The position numbers were made by a program, and so were the translations under genes. The notes beneath the pieces are model-generated. The model had not been told where the DNA came from. It worked only from the letters and a program-made list of their open reading frames with translations, and searched no databases. From Armatimonadota bacterium (lineage in GTDB: Bacteria; Cloacimonadota; Cloacimonadia; Cloacimonadales; TCS61), in NCBI GenBank assembly GCA_013203665.1, contig JABMPU010000035.1:113-64112 (forward strand): a DNA stretch of 64,000 nt. The letters are read 5' to 3'. Positions 45,451 through 54,533 of this stretch are shown here, piece by piece; within the stretch, counting starts at the first letter, position 1, and each line of letters starts with the position of its first letter.

Positions 45451-46222
45451 AGGTATTCCGAAATTATATGATAACATTTTATCGCTTTCTGAAGGTGATT
45501 GGACATTCTATGAATGGTTAGATTTAAAAAGTGATTTGCAGGTGGGTCAAATTTGTTGTGCTCCTGCATGGTATGAAAAGAAAAAAAGATGGTTTTTCAC
45601 AACTGCATTTTATGATAGAATAAATGAAGCCAAATCAACTTGGTCTGCAAAAGAATATTCTAGTGAAAGATCAAAAAACAAAAATACAGACATGAATGTT
45701 AATAGATATTTCGGCTTAGAATCTGATGAAAATTTGATATCTACACCTGGCAAATATAGGCCAGTTTTACTCTTGAAATATTATGAAACTGACTGGTGGA
45801 GTAAAACATATCCAAATAATAGCTGGTTATGTTTTCCAATATTTAGTTATAAAAAAAGTAGACACAATCAAGAATATGTTTTGGAAGATATGAAATTAAA
45901 CAATCCAGACAGATTTTATCTTCCTCCTCAATATAATCCTGAACTACCTGGTTTGAATGAAGAAAGTTCGGTTTTGCTTCATTCAATACAATTTATAGAG
46001 AAAACTTACCTTTATCCTTTAGAATGTTGTTTAGATAATAAAGAGTACAAGCATTTTAAAATTTCAGAAAAAGCATTGAAATTAGTTTTTTTCCATTTCA
46101 TAAAAAATACTAACATTTTAAATATCTTTTTGGATAGAAAAGAGAAAGAAAATCATGAAGAAAATAATGAATATGAGTTGTTTAAAATGTACATTGAGGA
46201 TTTACTTAAAGAATATGATTAA
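45434..46222 (+). CDS. 262-aa protein with a divergent, insertion-expanded MazF/PemK-like pattern, candidate toxin
   Basis: The order of blocks mirrors MazF/PemK. VGQICCAPAWY corresponds to GDIwwvdf. GKYRPVLLLK corresponds to g.RPavVls. SWLCFPIFSYKK corresponds to v.vvPlTs..k. PGLNEESSVLLHSIQFIEKTYL corresponds to gl.k.S.vl.dqirtidk.rl. It overlaps the upstream gene by 17 nt. The call rests on pattern only. Confidence 0.4.
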   Translation: MPEKYKGIPKLYDNILSLSEGDWTFYEWLDLKSDLQVGQICCAPAWYEKKKRWFFTTAFYDRINEAKSTWSAKEYSSERSKNKNTDMNVNRYFGLESDENLISTPGKYRPVLLLKYYETDWWSKTYPNNSWLCFPIFSYKKSRHNQEYVLEDMKLNNPDRFYLPPQYNPELPGLNEESSVLLHSIQFIEKTYLYPLECCLDNKEYKHFKISEKALKLVFFHFIKNTNILNIFLDRKEKENHEENNEYELFKMYIEDLLKEYD

Positions 46223-46365
46223 TTTTTTTTTAAATACAAATTGCTTCAAAAAATATTTAGAATAAAAAAAGATAGTTCATCAAATGAAAAATTATTTGAC
46301 ATTAATAACTTTGAAAATAACTTGCTTTTTGATTTTATAACTCCAAGAGAATTTCTCTTGGCCGC

Positions 46366-46396
46366 AAGGTTGCCGAAAGGCAACCTTAGCTTTTTC
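46366..46396 (+). terminator. Rho-independent terminator after the three-gene operon
   Basis: aaggttgcc-gaaa-ggcaacctt is followed by agctttttc. A second hairpin, ccaagag-aattt-ctcttgg, lies just upstream at 46343-46361. Confidence 0.65.
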
Positions 46397-46467
46397 TTAT
46401 GAGAATTAATATCTTAAATCATTAAGAAAAATTAGTGCTAATTAGTGTAAATTCGTGGATAAAAAAA

Positions 46468-47163
46468 ATGAAAAAACGTAAAACCAAAATTACCAGAAAT
46501 TATTTACTTCATCCTGCCGGCTCAGTTCTCATCCAAACCGGCAATACAAAAGTGATTTGTACAGCAACTGTTCAGGAAGGAGTTCCTCCATTTCTTCTAA
46601 ATAAAAATCAAGGTTGGATCACTGCAGAATACAGCATGCTGCCCGGAGCTCCGGATAAACGATTTTCCAGAGAATCTATCCGCGGAAAATTAGCTGGTAG
46701 AACTGTGGAAATTCAACGTTTGATCGGTCGTTCTCTGCGAGCTGTTGTGGATATGAATCTATTTCCGGGTTATACGATTATGATAGATTGTGACGTAATC
46801 CAAGCTGATGGTGGAACCAGAACTGCTGCCATAACCGGTGCTTGTGTGGCTCTTAATGATGCTTTTCAAAAAATGCAAAGTAATGGTCTGATAGATAAGA
46901 ATCCTTTGAAAGTATTTGTAGCAGCCATCAGTGTGGGAATTGTGAATGGAAAACCTGTTTTAGATTTGGATTATGAGCAGGATTCCAAAGCTGATGTAGA
47001 TATGAACATTGTAATGACTGAAAGCGGGAAATTTGTAGAAATTCAGGGAACTGCCGAATCCAATCCATTTTCTGATAAAGAATTGACTGAACTGATCAAG
47101 CTGGCAAAAGAAGGGATAAGGCAGTTGATAAATGAGCAGAAAAATACAGATTTTCATTCTTAG
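46468..47163 (+). CDS. rph: Ribonuclease PH
   Basis: [31 protein letters not shown] and [19 protein letters not shown] are present. I prefer the start at 46468 (MKKRKTK); the upstream 11 codons are built from an intergenic word repeat. Confidence 0.92.
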   Translation: MKKRKTKITRNYLLHPAGSVLIQTGNTKVICTATVQEGVPPFLLNKNQGWITAEYSMLPGAPDKRFSRESIRGKLAGRTVEIQRLIGRSLRAVVDMNLFPGYTIMIDCDVIQADGGTRTAAITGACVALNDAFQKMQSNGLIDKNPLKVFVAAISVGIVNGKPVLDLDYEQDSKADVDMNIVMTESGKFVEIQGTAESNPFSDKELTELIKLAKEGIRQLINEQKNTDFHS

Positions 47164-47252
47164 TAATCTCATTAACCAAAAAAAGAATTCAACACCGAAA
47201 ACACCGAGAATCACCGAAAATTAAAATATCTAGAAGTTGGAATTCTGGTTGT

Positions 47253-47412
47253 CAAGCCACAGCTTGGCAACAAACTTGAAAAATTTAATACATATCCAAG
47301 CTGTGGCTTGGATATGATAGATCTAGATTCCCGATTAAATCGGGAATGACAAAAAAAAATATCAATGTCATTCCCGCAAAGCATGTCCTCAACTTGATTG
47401 GGGAGCGGGAAT
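47253..47412. repeat. Cluster of three REP-like hairpins in the rph / TonB-receptor spacer
   Basis: The first is caagccacagcttgg / ccaagctgtggcttg (47253-47267 / 47296-47310, 15 bp perfect). The second is attcccgat-taa-atcgggaat (47327-47347). The third is attcccgc / gcgggaat (47370-47377 / 47405-47412). A related gtcattcccgcc lies at 8129-8140 and cccgat..atcggg near 21378-21396. Confidence 0.75.
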
Positions 47413-47427
47413 CCATTTGAGGTGTAA

Positions 47428-49764
47428 ATGAAAAGGATATCAAAAAAAGTATTATTATTGATTTTATTGGTAGTATTCATAAGCTCATTAAAAGCAGTAA
47501 CTATAAGCGGATTCGTTTCTAATGCTGAAAATGGCGAATGGATTCCTTATATTTCTGTTGTAATTCGAGGAACTAATCTGGGAGTTTTTACAAATAAAGA
47601 AGGATATTTTATCATCAATTCTGTTCCCACAGGAAAAATTGAAATCGCTTTTTCCAATATTGCCTACAAACAATTGATTATTACTGAGATGGTGAAAGAT
47701 GAACTGGATAATAAATTCTTAAAAGTGGAACTTGAGAAATTTACCATAAAAATGGAAGGTATTTCTGTATATGCAGAAAAATATAAAGAGGAGATTAACA
47801 GCAGGGAAATCATTGTAAGCAATGTGCTGCGAACAACCGAAGACCTGCAGGCAATTCCTCAAATTGCAGATTCTGATGTTTTCAGGGCAATTCAGGTTTT
47901 GCCCGGAGTTTCCGCATTATCAGATTTTTCCAGCGGTCTTTATATTCGTGGTGGAAGTCCTGACCAGAATCTGATTTTGCTCGATGAGATCGATGTTTAC
48001 AATCCAAATCATTTTGGAGGTATTTTCAGTACTTTCAATACAGACGCCATTGAAAATGTTGAGCTTCTAAAAGGTGGATTTCCTGCAAAATATGGTGGTC
48101 GTCTTTCTTCAGTTCTGGATGTAACCAATCTGGATGGAAACAGAAAATCTCATCAGGGTGTTGCCCGGCTAAGTCTTGTCAGTGCGAATTCCACGTTGCA
48201 GGGTCCCTGGAAAATCGGGAATCAGAATGGTTCGTATATGGCTTCCTTCAGAAGAACATATCTGGAAGTTCTGAAAGATGCTTTCGATTTACCGGATTAT
48301 TATTTTTATGATGGTCATGCCAAACTGAACTGGGATATTACTGAAAAAGATAAGTTTACTGTAAGTTCATATTTTGGGAAGGATAGGCTCGAATTTAATT
48401 TTGGTTTTAATATGCTAATCGAGTGGGGAAATGAAACTTTATCTTCTCAGTGGATTCACATATTTAATCCTCAACTTTTCTCCAAGTTTGTTTTGGCTGG
48501 AAGTCATTTCAATTCTCTTTTTGATGTAAAATATGACAGCGATGTAGAATATATCCGCTCGAACGATATCTATGATGCAACTTTTAAAAGTTTATTGAGT
48601 TACACACCAAATGACCAGCATATGATGGATTTTGGGTTTGAAATAAAATACAATAATATCACATTTATTTATGAAGTGGAAAACTCCGATATTGATCCGG
48701 AAAGTTTGCCGGATGTGGAGGTGGATTCAGGAATATTTTCTGCATTTTTTCAGGATAGCTGGGATTTAAACGATTTTTGGACTATTCAACCGGGATTAAG
48801 GTTAACATTTTGTCACAGCAAATCTCCCAATCTTCCTGCTTCTCCTGTTGGTGATTATTTTCGCGTTTCCCCCAGATTTTCTATCCGACGCAAATTAACT
48901 GAGCTGAGCAATGTGTATTTCAATTATGGTAGATATTATCAATATCTAACTTCCATGAATCCAGGAATGAGCACTCCCATGGATTTGTGGTTTCCATTGG
49001 ATGGAAGTGTGAAACCCGGAGTTTCAGACCATTTTATTCTTGGCTACAAAATCCAGCTTGGAAATGATTTTGCATTTGATATTGAAACATATTTTAAGAG
49101 TTATGATAATCTTGTGGAATTCCGTCCTGAAACAGATTATGAATGGAACAATCAAACCGGGACTTTATCTGATGTTTATAATATGGGTGACGGTTATTCT
49201 TATGGAACAGATGTACTTTTCCGTACAGAATGGAAAGGTTTGGAGGGTTTTTTCGGTTACAGCTTTGGCATCACACAACGTAAAATTAACAGCACAAATA
49301 TCAATCCTGAAACCGGTGAAGAAGAACCATACCATCCCAGGTATGAAAGAGTTCATCAAATAAATATTGTTCAAACCTACAACTTAACGGAAAATACAGG
49401 AATCAAAGTTTTAGGATCTGATTTCAAAATTGGAACCACTTATTCTTACGGGAGTGGACAACCTTATCTTAAACCGGAAAAAGCATTCTACGATGAGCAG
49501 GGAATTCATTTCCTATACAGTTACAAAGACAGAATAAGATTACCTTCATATTCCAGGTTAGATTTGAGTCTCAAATTCAAATGGCAATTTTCAAAGTGGA
49601 GCATCGAACCATATTTACAAATCATAAATCTCTTTGAACACGATAATGTCTGGTCACGCGAATATACTTATGAAGAAGATGATGAAGGAGATATGATAAT
49701 GAAAGGACACGATACATCAATGTTCCCGAGAATACCTTTTATCGGGTTTAATATCGAATGGTAG
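47428..49764 (+). CDS. TonB-dependent receptor-like outer-membrane protein with an N-terminal CarboxypepD_reg domain
   Basis: A signal peptide is followed by ISGFVSNAENGEWIPYISVVIRGTNLGVFTNKEGYFIINSVPTGK. The plug-like region reads VLPGVS...GLYIRGGSPDQNLILLDEIDVYNP..FGG. A long beta-barrel ends in GFNIEW. Confidence 0.8.
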   Translation: MKRISKKVLLLILLVVFISSLKAVTISGFVSNAENGEWIPYISVVIRGTNLGVFTNKEGYFIINSVPTGKIEIAFSNIAYKQLIITEMVKDELDNKFLKVELEKFTIKMEGISVYAEKYKEEINSREIIVSNVLRTTEDLQAIPQIADSDVFRAIQVLPGVSALSDFSSGLYIRGGSPDQNLILLDEIDVYNPNHFGGIFSTFNTDAIENVELLKGGFPAKYGGRLSSVLDVTNLDGNRKSHQGVARLSLVSANSTLQGPWKIGNQNGSYMASFRRTYLEVLKDAFDLPDYYFYDGHAKLNWDITEKDKFTVSSYFGKDRLEFNFGFNMLIEWGNETLSSQWIHIFNPQLFSKFVLAGSHFNSLFDVKYDSDVEYIRSNDIYDATFKSLLSYTPNDQHMMDFGFEIKYNNITFIYEVENSDIDPESLPDVEVDSGIFSAFFQDSWDLNDFWTIQPGLRLTFCHSKSPNLPASPVGDYFRVSPRFSIRRKLTELSNVYFNYGRYYQYLTSMNPGMSTPMDLWFPLDGSVKPGVSDHFILGYKIQLGNDFAFDIETYFKSYDNLVEFRPETDYEWNNQTGTLSDVYNMGDGYSYGTDVLFRTEWKGLEGFFGYSFGITQRKINSTNINPETGEEEPYHPRYERVHQINIVQTYNLTENTGIKVLGSDFKIGTTYSYGSGQPYLKPEKAFYDEQGIHFLYSYKDRIRLPSYSRLDLSLKFKWQFSKWSIEPYLQIINLFEHDNVWSREYTYEEDDEGDMIMKGHDTSMFPRIPFIGFNIEW

Positions 49765-49805
49765 TAGTGTATCAAAATGTATGAAAGATTATGAAATAGA
49801 GATGA

Positions 49806-49875
49806 TTAGCCACGAAGTTCACAAAGTTACACTAAGATAGAAAAATACTTAGTGTAACTTCGTGTTCTTAGTGGC
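49806..49875. repeat. Long imperfect hairpin built from 'word' repeats (representative of a dispersed family)
   Basis: ttagccacgaagttcacaaagttacactaag - loop - cttagtgtaacttcgtgttcttagtggc has an 11-bp perfect core, gttacactaag/cttagtgtaac. Related words are at 8010-8035, 28795-28828, 30340-30412, 46436-46466 and 51880-51950. Confidence 0.7.
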
Positions 49876-49892
49876 AAAAACAGGGGAAAATT

Positions 49893-50786
49893 ATGAGAAT
49901 AATAATACTTTTAATAATAATTGCACTCTTTTTTGGTTGTGATGATTTCACGTCCTCAGAAAGATATGAAGATAATTATTATGTGATAACCGGTCTTTTG
50001 TATGAAGGATATCCAATCCAACCGATATTTATTGGAAAAACTATTTCTCCATTTGGTGATGAGTTTACCGACATGAATATTCCGGATGCAGAGGTTATTA
50101 TAAAAGAGTTTTATGGAGAAACTTTGGTGGATTCGGTTCAGCTTGTTTATTTTCCATTGGAGCAAGGAATTGGTGTTTACATCGATCCTTTTCAGACTAA
50201 AATTATCTCGTCAAATTATAATTACAGGATAGAAGCTCAAATAGGAGATGAACTCGTCTGGGCTGAAACAGAAGTTCCGGATTCTATTTACGTTCTTCCG
50301 GATGATGCATTTACTACGGATTCAACAACTGTTTTTCCTCAACTTGAATATGAAACTGCAGATTCAGAACATCCTTTGGTCATTCAGACAATCGATGACG
50401 AAGTAGTAAATCTGTTTTTTGAATTTTATTGTCTATTAGAGTTTGAGGATGAACCTCAATATATTGCTACTTTTGGTGACCATGAAACACCTGAAGATGA
50501 AGAAGAATATGAAAACATGAATGGTTTTCCCCGAAGAGTAGATTTCTATGGCTCATACCTTCCTGTCCTAAACCCGGATAACGGGCAATATCTTGTTACA
50601 GAAAGTGCATACAGTGGAGCAATCGTATTTTATGGTGAATACGAAATTTCTGTATATTCGATCTCTCAAAATTATTTTAATTATTTGTATATGACAGATG
50701 GCTATACTCACGGCGGAATACAAAATGGGTTCGGATATTTCGGTGCAGTTAGCGGCACAACTTTGTACACTGAGGTTGTTGAGTGA
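49893..50786 (+). CDS. DUF4249-like lipoprotein (usual partner of the upstream TonB-dependent receptor type)
   Basis: The lipobox is IIIALFFGCDD. Its size and its position directly after a CarboxypepD_reg-type receptor fit the family. The C-terminal GGIQNGFGYFGAVS resembles the DUF4249 end motif as I recall it. Confidence 0.55.
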   Translation: MRIIILLIIIALFFGCDDFTSSERYEDNYYVITGLLYEGYPIQPIFIGKTISPFGDEFTDMNIPDAEVIIKEFYGETLVDSVQLVYFPLEQGIGVYIDPFQTKIISSNYNYRIEAQIGDELVWAETEVPDSIYVLPDDAFTTDSTTVFPQLEYETADSEHPLVIQTIDDEVVNLFFEFYCLLEFEDEPQYIATFGDHETPEDEEEYENMNGFPRRVDFYGSYLPVLNPDNGQYLVTESAYSGAIVFYGEYEISVYSISQNYFNYLYMTDGYTHGGIQNGFGYFGAVSGTTLYTEVVE

Positions 50787-50905
50787 ATTTCGTTGTATCT
50801 CGTTTCATGACTCCATCTAACGATGTGAGAGAGCTTTTTCTTGACACTGGAAACCGGTTTCCAAACTAAGCGTTTTAGAATTAATTTATTTTAATAAGGA
50901 AAGAT

Positions 50906-51670
50906 ATGTTTAAGAAGAAAGTGAAAAAAGTTGTACGCAGGAAGCCTTCTCTTCAAGGTTGGCTTGAGGCGTTATTATTTGCATTTGTAATCGTGATGCC
51001 GATAAAAAATTATACTTTTCAGAATTTCAATATTCCGTCTTCATCAATGGAGCAAACTTTACTTATTGGAGATTACTTAATCGCCAATAAATTGAAGTAT
51101 TTCTTTACCGAGCCGCACCGCGAAGATATTGTAACATTCAAGCATCCGACAGACCCGGTTGAACCTGAACCCAGAGAAAATTATTTCAAACTTATTGGTC
51201 CGCTCTTTTGGGATAAAACCAAATGGAAATTCAAATGGCATGAAAAGAAGAATATTGTGAAAAGAGTTATTGGACTTCCGGGTGATACTATCGAACTGAA
51301 GAATAAAAAAGTCTATATTAATGGAGAACTTTTCCAGCTAGATTATGAACAATATATCGATTCCAGGATAGTACCCAGAGATGCAGGACGGATTACTTGG
51401 GAAGATAAATTTATGGGCAGCAGAGATAATTTCGGTCCTGTTGTTGTGCCTGAGAATAGTTATTTCGTGATGGGAGATAATCGCGATGTGAGCGGTGACA
51501 GCCGCTATTGGGGTTTTCTGGATCGGAAATATATCACCGGCACACCGGTTTTGATTTGTTTCTCATTAGGAAAACCACCAATTAAGAATATAAAAACTTA
51601 CTATTATAATCGAAATCGAAGGGTAAAATCTGAGTTTCGATGGAATAGAATTTGTAAATTTATAAAATAA
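50906..51670 (+). CDS. lepB: Signal peptidase I
   Basis: SSSMEQTLLIGDYL carries the catalytic Ser, KRVIGLPGDTIE the Lys box, and GDNRDVSGDSRYWGF is also present. Confidence 0.92.
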   Translation: MFKKKVKKVVRRKPSLQGWLEALLFAFVIVMPIKNYTFQNFNIPSSSMEQTLLIGDYLIANKLKYFFTEPHREDIVTFKHPTDPVEPEPRENYFKLIGPLFWDKTKWKFKWHEKKNIVKRVIGLPGDTIELKNKKVYINGELFQLDYEQYIDSRIVPRDAGRITWEDKFMGSRDNFGPVVVPENSYFVMGDNRDVSGDSRYWGFLDRKYITGTPVLICFSLGKPPIKNIKTYYYNRNRRVKSEFRWNRICKFIK

Positions 51671-51911
51671 AGCCACAATACTGAGACAAGACGAACTCAG
51701 TCAACAAAAGGAACACGGATGACACGGATTTTGCGGATTTGTACGGATAAAATTGACAGGATAAACGGGATCATCAGGAAAAATGAAATTTTGAAACTTT
51801 ATGTTTTAGATGTAATTAAATAAAAAATCGTATTGAATCATACAAAATCAGCGTTAATTAGCGTCAAAAAAATAAAGACTAAATAATAATTTGTGTAAAT
51901 TCGTGTAATTA

Positions 51912-53054
51912 GTGGATAAAAAGTCAGTGAAAGTCAGCGGCAAAAAAAGTATCTTGATAAATTATATTTATATTCACATTCCGTTTTGTTTACAGAAATG
52001 TAGTTATTGCTCATTCTATTCAGAAAAATATACTCTCGAACTTAAAAACAAATTTGTTTCTTACCTGATAGAAGAAGTCTCTCTTTTCAAAAAAAGATTC
52101 AAGATAAAACCTTTAACCATCTATTTTGGTGGCGGAACTCCTTCATTGTTGGATGTGAGTGATATTCATAAAATTATTTCTCAATTTGATTTGGCTCAAA
52201 TACAAGAAATAACTCTCGAACTAAATCCGATAAATATCACAACAGAGTTTGTTCAAAAACTTCCTGAAACACCCATCAATCGCATAAGTATGGGTGCTCA
52301 ATCTTTCATCGATTCCGAATTGAATTTATTAGGACGTCTTCATAATTCAGAGCAAATAAGCAGAGCATTTGAACTTTTAAGAAACCAGGGATTTGAGAAT
52401 ATTTCTTTAGACCTCATTTACGGACTTCCAAATCAAAAAATGCAGGATGTTTTGTTTTCTTTGGATAGAATCATAGAACTTAATCCTGAACATGTTTCGC
52501 TTTATTGTTTGAGTTTGGAGGAAAATATTCCACTTTATTCGGAGAAACATCTGATTCCGGAAGATGAAGTTATTTCGGATATTTATGATTTGATGAGAAC
52601 AAGGTTGATATCTTCTGGTTTTGAACAATATGAAATATCAAATTTCGCTAAAAAAGGATTTGAATCAAAACACAATCTTTGTTATTGGAGCGATAAGTAT
52701 TATCTGGGTTTTGGTCCATCCGCAGCAGGATATTTAAAAAATTTCAGATATACAAATCCTGCTGATTTGGAGGAGTATTTTGAAACAATAAAAACTTCCC
52801 AAATTTTTGGAAATTTGGTAAGTTTAAGCAACGAAGACCATGAAAAAGAATTCATTTTTCTATCTTTGAGAAAAACAAAAGGAATGAATCTTAAGGAATT
52901 TAGAATCAAATTCCAAAAGGAATTTTTAAAGAAATATCTTAAAACTATTGATAAATATTTGGAAGATAATTTTCTTGAAATTGAAGGTGAATTTATTAAA
53001 CTAACTCCAGAAGCGTATTTTATCTCAAACGAGATATTTTTGGAGTTTATGTAA
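51912..53054 (+). CDS. hemW: Radical-SAM heme chaperone HemW / oxygen-independent coproporphyrinogen-III-oxidase-like protein
   Basis: YIHIPFCLQKCSYCSF is the CxxxCxxC motif, with GGGTPS and the HemN_C-like tail. The start is uncertain: GTG 51912 lies inside an intergenic word repeat, and TTG 51954 is an alternative. Confidence 0.85.
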   Translation: MDKKSVKVSGKKSILINYIYIHIPFCLQKCSYCSFYSEKYTLELKNKFVSYLIEEVSLFKKRFKIKPLTIYFGGGTPSLLDVSDIHKIISQFDLAQIQEITLELNPINITTEFVQKLPETPINRISMGAQSFIDSELNLLGRLHNSEQISRAFELLRNQGFENISLDLIYGLPNQKMQDVLFSLDRIIELNPEHVSLYCLSLEENIPLYSEKHLIPEDEVISDIYDLMRTRLISSGFEQYEISNFAKKGFESKHNLCYWSDKYYLGFGPSAAGYLKNFRYTNPADLEEYFETIKTSQIFGNLVSLSNEDHEKEFIFLSLRKTKGMNLKEFRIKFQKEFLKKYLKTIDKYLEDNFLEIEGEFIKLTPEAYFISNEIFLEFM

Positions 53055-53243
53055 TTAAAACCTTCCGAATGGTTTCTACCGGAGAAATCTTCTTGTTGAA
53101 CCTTCGGAATGGTTGAACTAGTTGAACTGGTTGAATCAGTTGAATTAGGAGAACTTGTTAAGTCTCAAAGACTACTCAAGTTCAAGCGAAAGAAACTTAA
53201 CAAATTTCCAGAAATTTGGGAAGTTTTGGAGAAAAGGAAAAAA

Positions 53244-54491
53244 ATGAAATATTTCGTAGTAATTCTAATATTTTTAATCGGCTTTTCAGCATCTGCCGAG
53301 ATTCTAATCCCGATGGATCTCACTCAAACCAATCATCTTAAAGCTTATGGTATAGCATTTACTGCACTTCAAGAGCAAATAGTAGTAAAATGGCTTTTAA
53401 ATTATCGTGGGGGTTCTTATCTCATTCAGGATTCAGGAGAAATAGAGAATCTTTGTAATATCAAGGGAGTTTCTTTTGAGCAGGTTTCTTCCTCAAATGT
53501 GGCTTCCATTTTCGCAGAAATTGATGCAGCGAATATGGATGTTGTGGTTTTGGAGAAAGAACCGAAAATCGCAATTTACACACCTCCCAATAAACAGCCG
53601 TGGGATGATGCTGTAACTTTGGCTTTAACTTATGCAGAAATTGATTATGAGACTGTTTGGGACGAGGAGGTTTTAGCTGGTTTACTCGATGAATATGATT
53701 GGCTGCATCTGCATCATGAGGATTTTACAGGTCAGTATGGGAAGTTTTATTCCAGTTTCCGAAATACTGCCTGGTACCAGGAGGATGTGCGTAATAATGA
53801 GGAACTTGCTGCCAAGCTCGGATTTAATAAAGTCTGGGAATTGAAACACGTGATCACTGAAAAGATTCGCGAGTATGTTAAGAATGGCGGATTTTTATTT
53901 GCCATGTGTGCAGCCACAGACACATTCGATATTGCTCTTGCAGCAGGAAGTATCGATATTTGTGATGCTGTTTTTGATGGAGATGGATTTGATCCTGAAG
54001 CTCAAAACAAATTAAATTTTTCTCGTACTTTTGCCTTCGAAAATTTCACGTTGATATTTAATCCGTATCAATATGAATTCTCCAGCATCGATGCCAGCGA
54101 TTATGCTCAACTGCGTGGGGCAGAAGCTGATTACTTTCAACTATTCGATTTTTCTGCAAAATACGATCCGGTTCCCACAATGCTTACTCAATGTCACACA
54201 AATGTTATCAATGGCTTTTTGGGTCAGACAACCTCTTTTCACAAAGAATTTGTTAAGAAAAGTGTAATTATCTTGGGAGAATCTCTGCAAGTGGAAGAAG
54301 TGAAATATTTACACGGAAATTTCGGAAAAGGTACTTTTACTTTTTATGGAGGACACGACCCGGAAGATTATCAACATCGAATCGGTGATCCGGAAACTGT
54401 GTTAGACCTTCATAAACAGTCGCCCGGTTATCGGTTAATTTTAAATAATATTTTATTTCCGGCAGCAGAAAAGAAGAAATTGAAAACATAA
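53244..54491 (+). CDS. Conserved secreted hypothetical protein (possibly GATase1/ThuA-like fold)
   Basis: The signal peptide MKYFVVILIFLIGFSASA follows a ggagaaaagg RBS. Conserved-looking blocks are QTNHLKAYGIAFTAL, WLLNYRGGSY and GGFLFAMCAATDT. The upstream 45 codons of the listed ORF are encoded by a gttgaa tandem repeat and are rejected. Confidence 0.45.
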   Translation: MKYFVVILIFLIGFSASAEILIPMDLTQTNHLKAYGIAFTALQEQIVVKWLLNYRGGSYLIQDSGEIENLCNIKGVSFEQVSSSNVASIFAEIDAANMDVVVLEKEPKIAIYTPPNKQPWDDAVTLALTYAEIDYETVWDEEVLAGLLDEYDWLHLHHEDFTGQYGKFYSSFRNTAWYQEDVRNNEELAAKLGFNKVWELKHVITEKIREYVKNGGFLFAMCAATDTFDIALAAGSIDICDAVFDGDGFDPEAQNKLNFSRTFAFENFTLIFNPYQYEFSSIDASDYAQLRGAEADYFQLFDFSAKYDPVPTMLTQCHTNVINGFLGQTTSFHKEFVKKSVIILGESLQVEEVKYLHGNFGKGTFTFYGGHDPEDYQHRIGDPETVLDLHKQSPGYRLILNNILFPAAEKKKLKT

Positions 54492-54533
54492 AACTTTTCG
54501 AACGGTTGATGGATTTGTAGGTTAGCACTCATT

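Noticed and set aside
47211-47480. 89-aa minus-strand ORF
   Set aside because: It spans the REP-like hairpin cluster and the start of the TonB-receptor gene. The translation is composed of repeat-derived words.
53109-53243. N-terminal extension MVELVELVESVELGELV... of the 53109-54491 ORF. Similar extensions occur at 46435-46467 and 51912-51953.
   Set aside because: These codons are encoded by intergenic word repeats (gttgaa tandem; gtaaattcgtgg words). A proper RBS plus signal peptide or conserved N-terminus begins downstream (53244; 46468). hemW start left uncertain.
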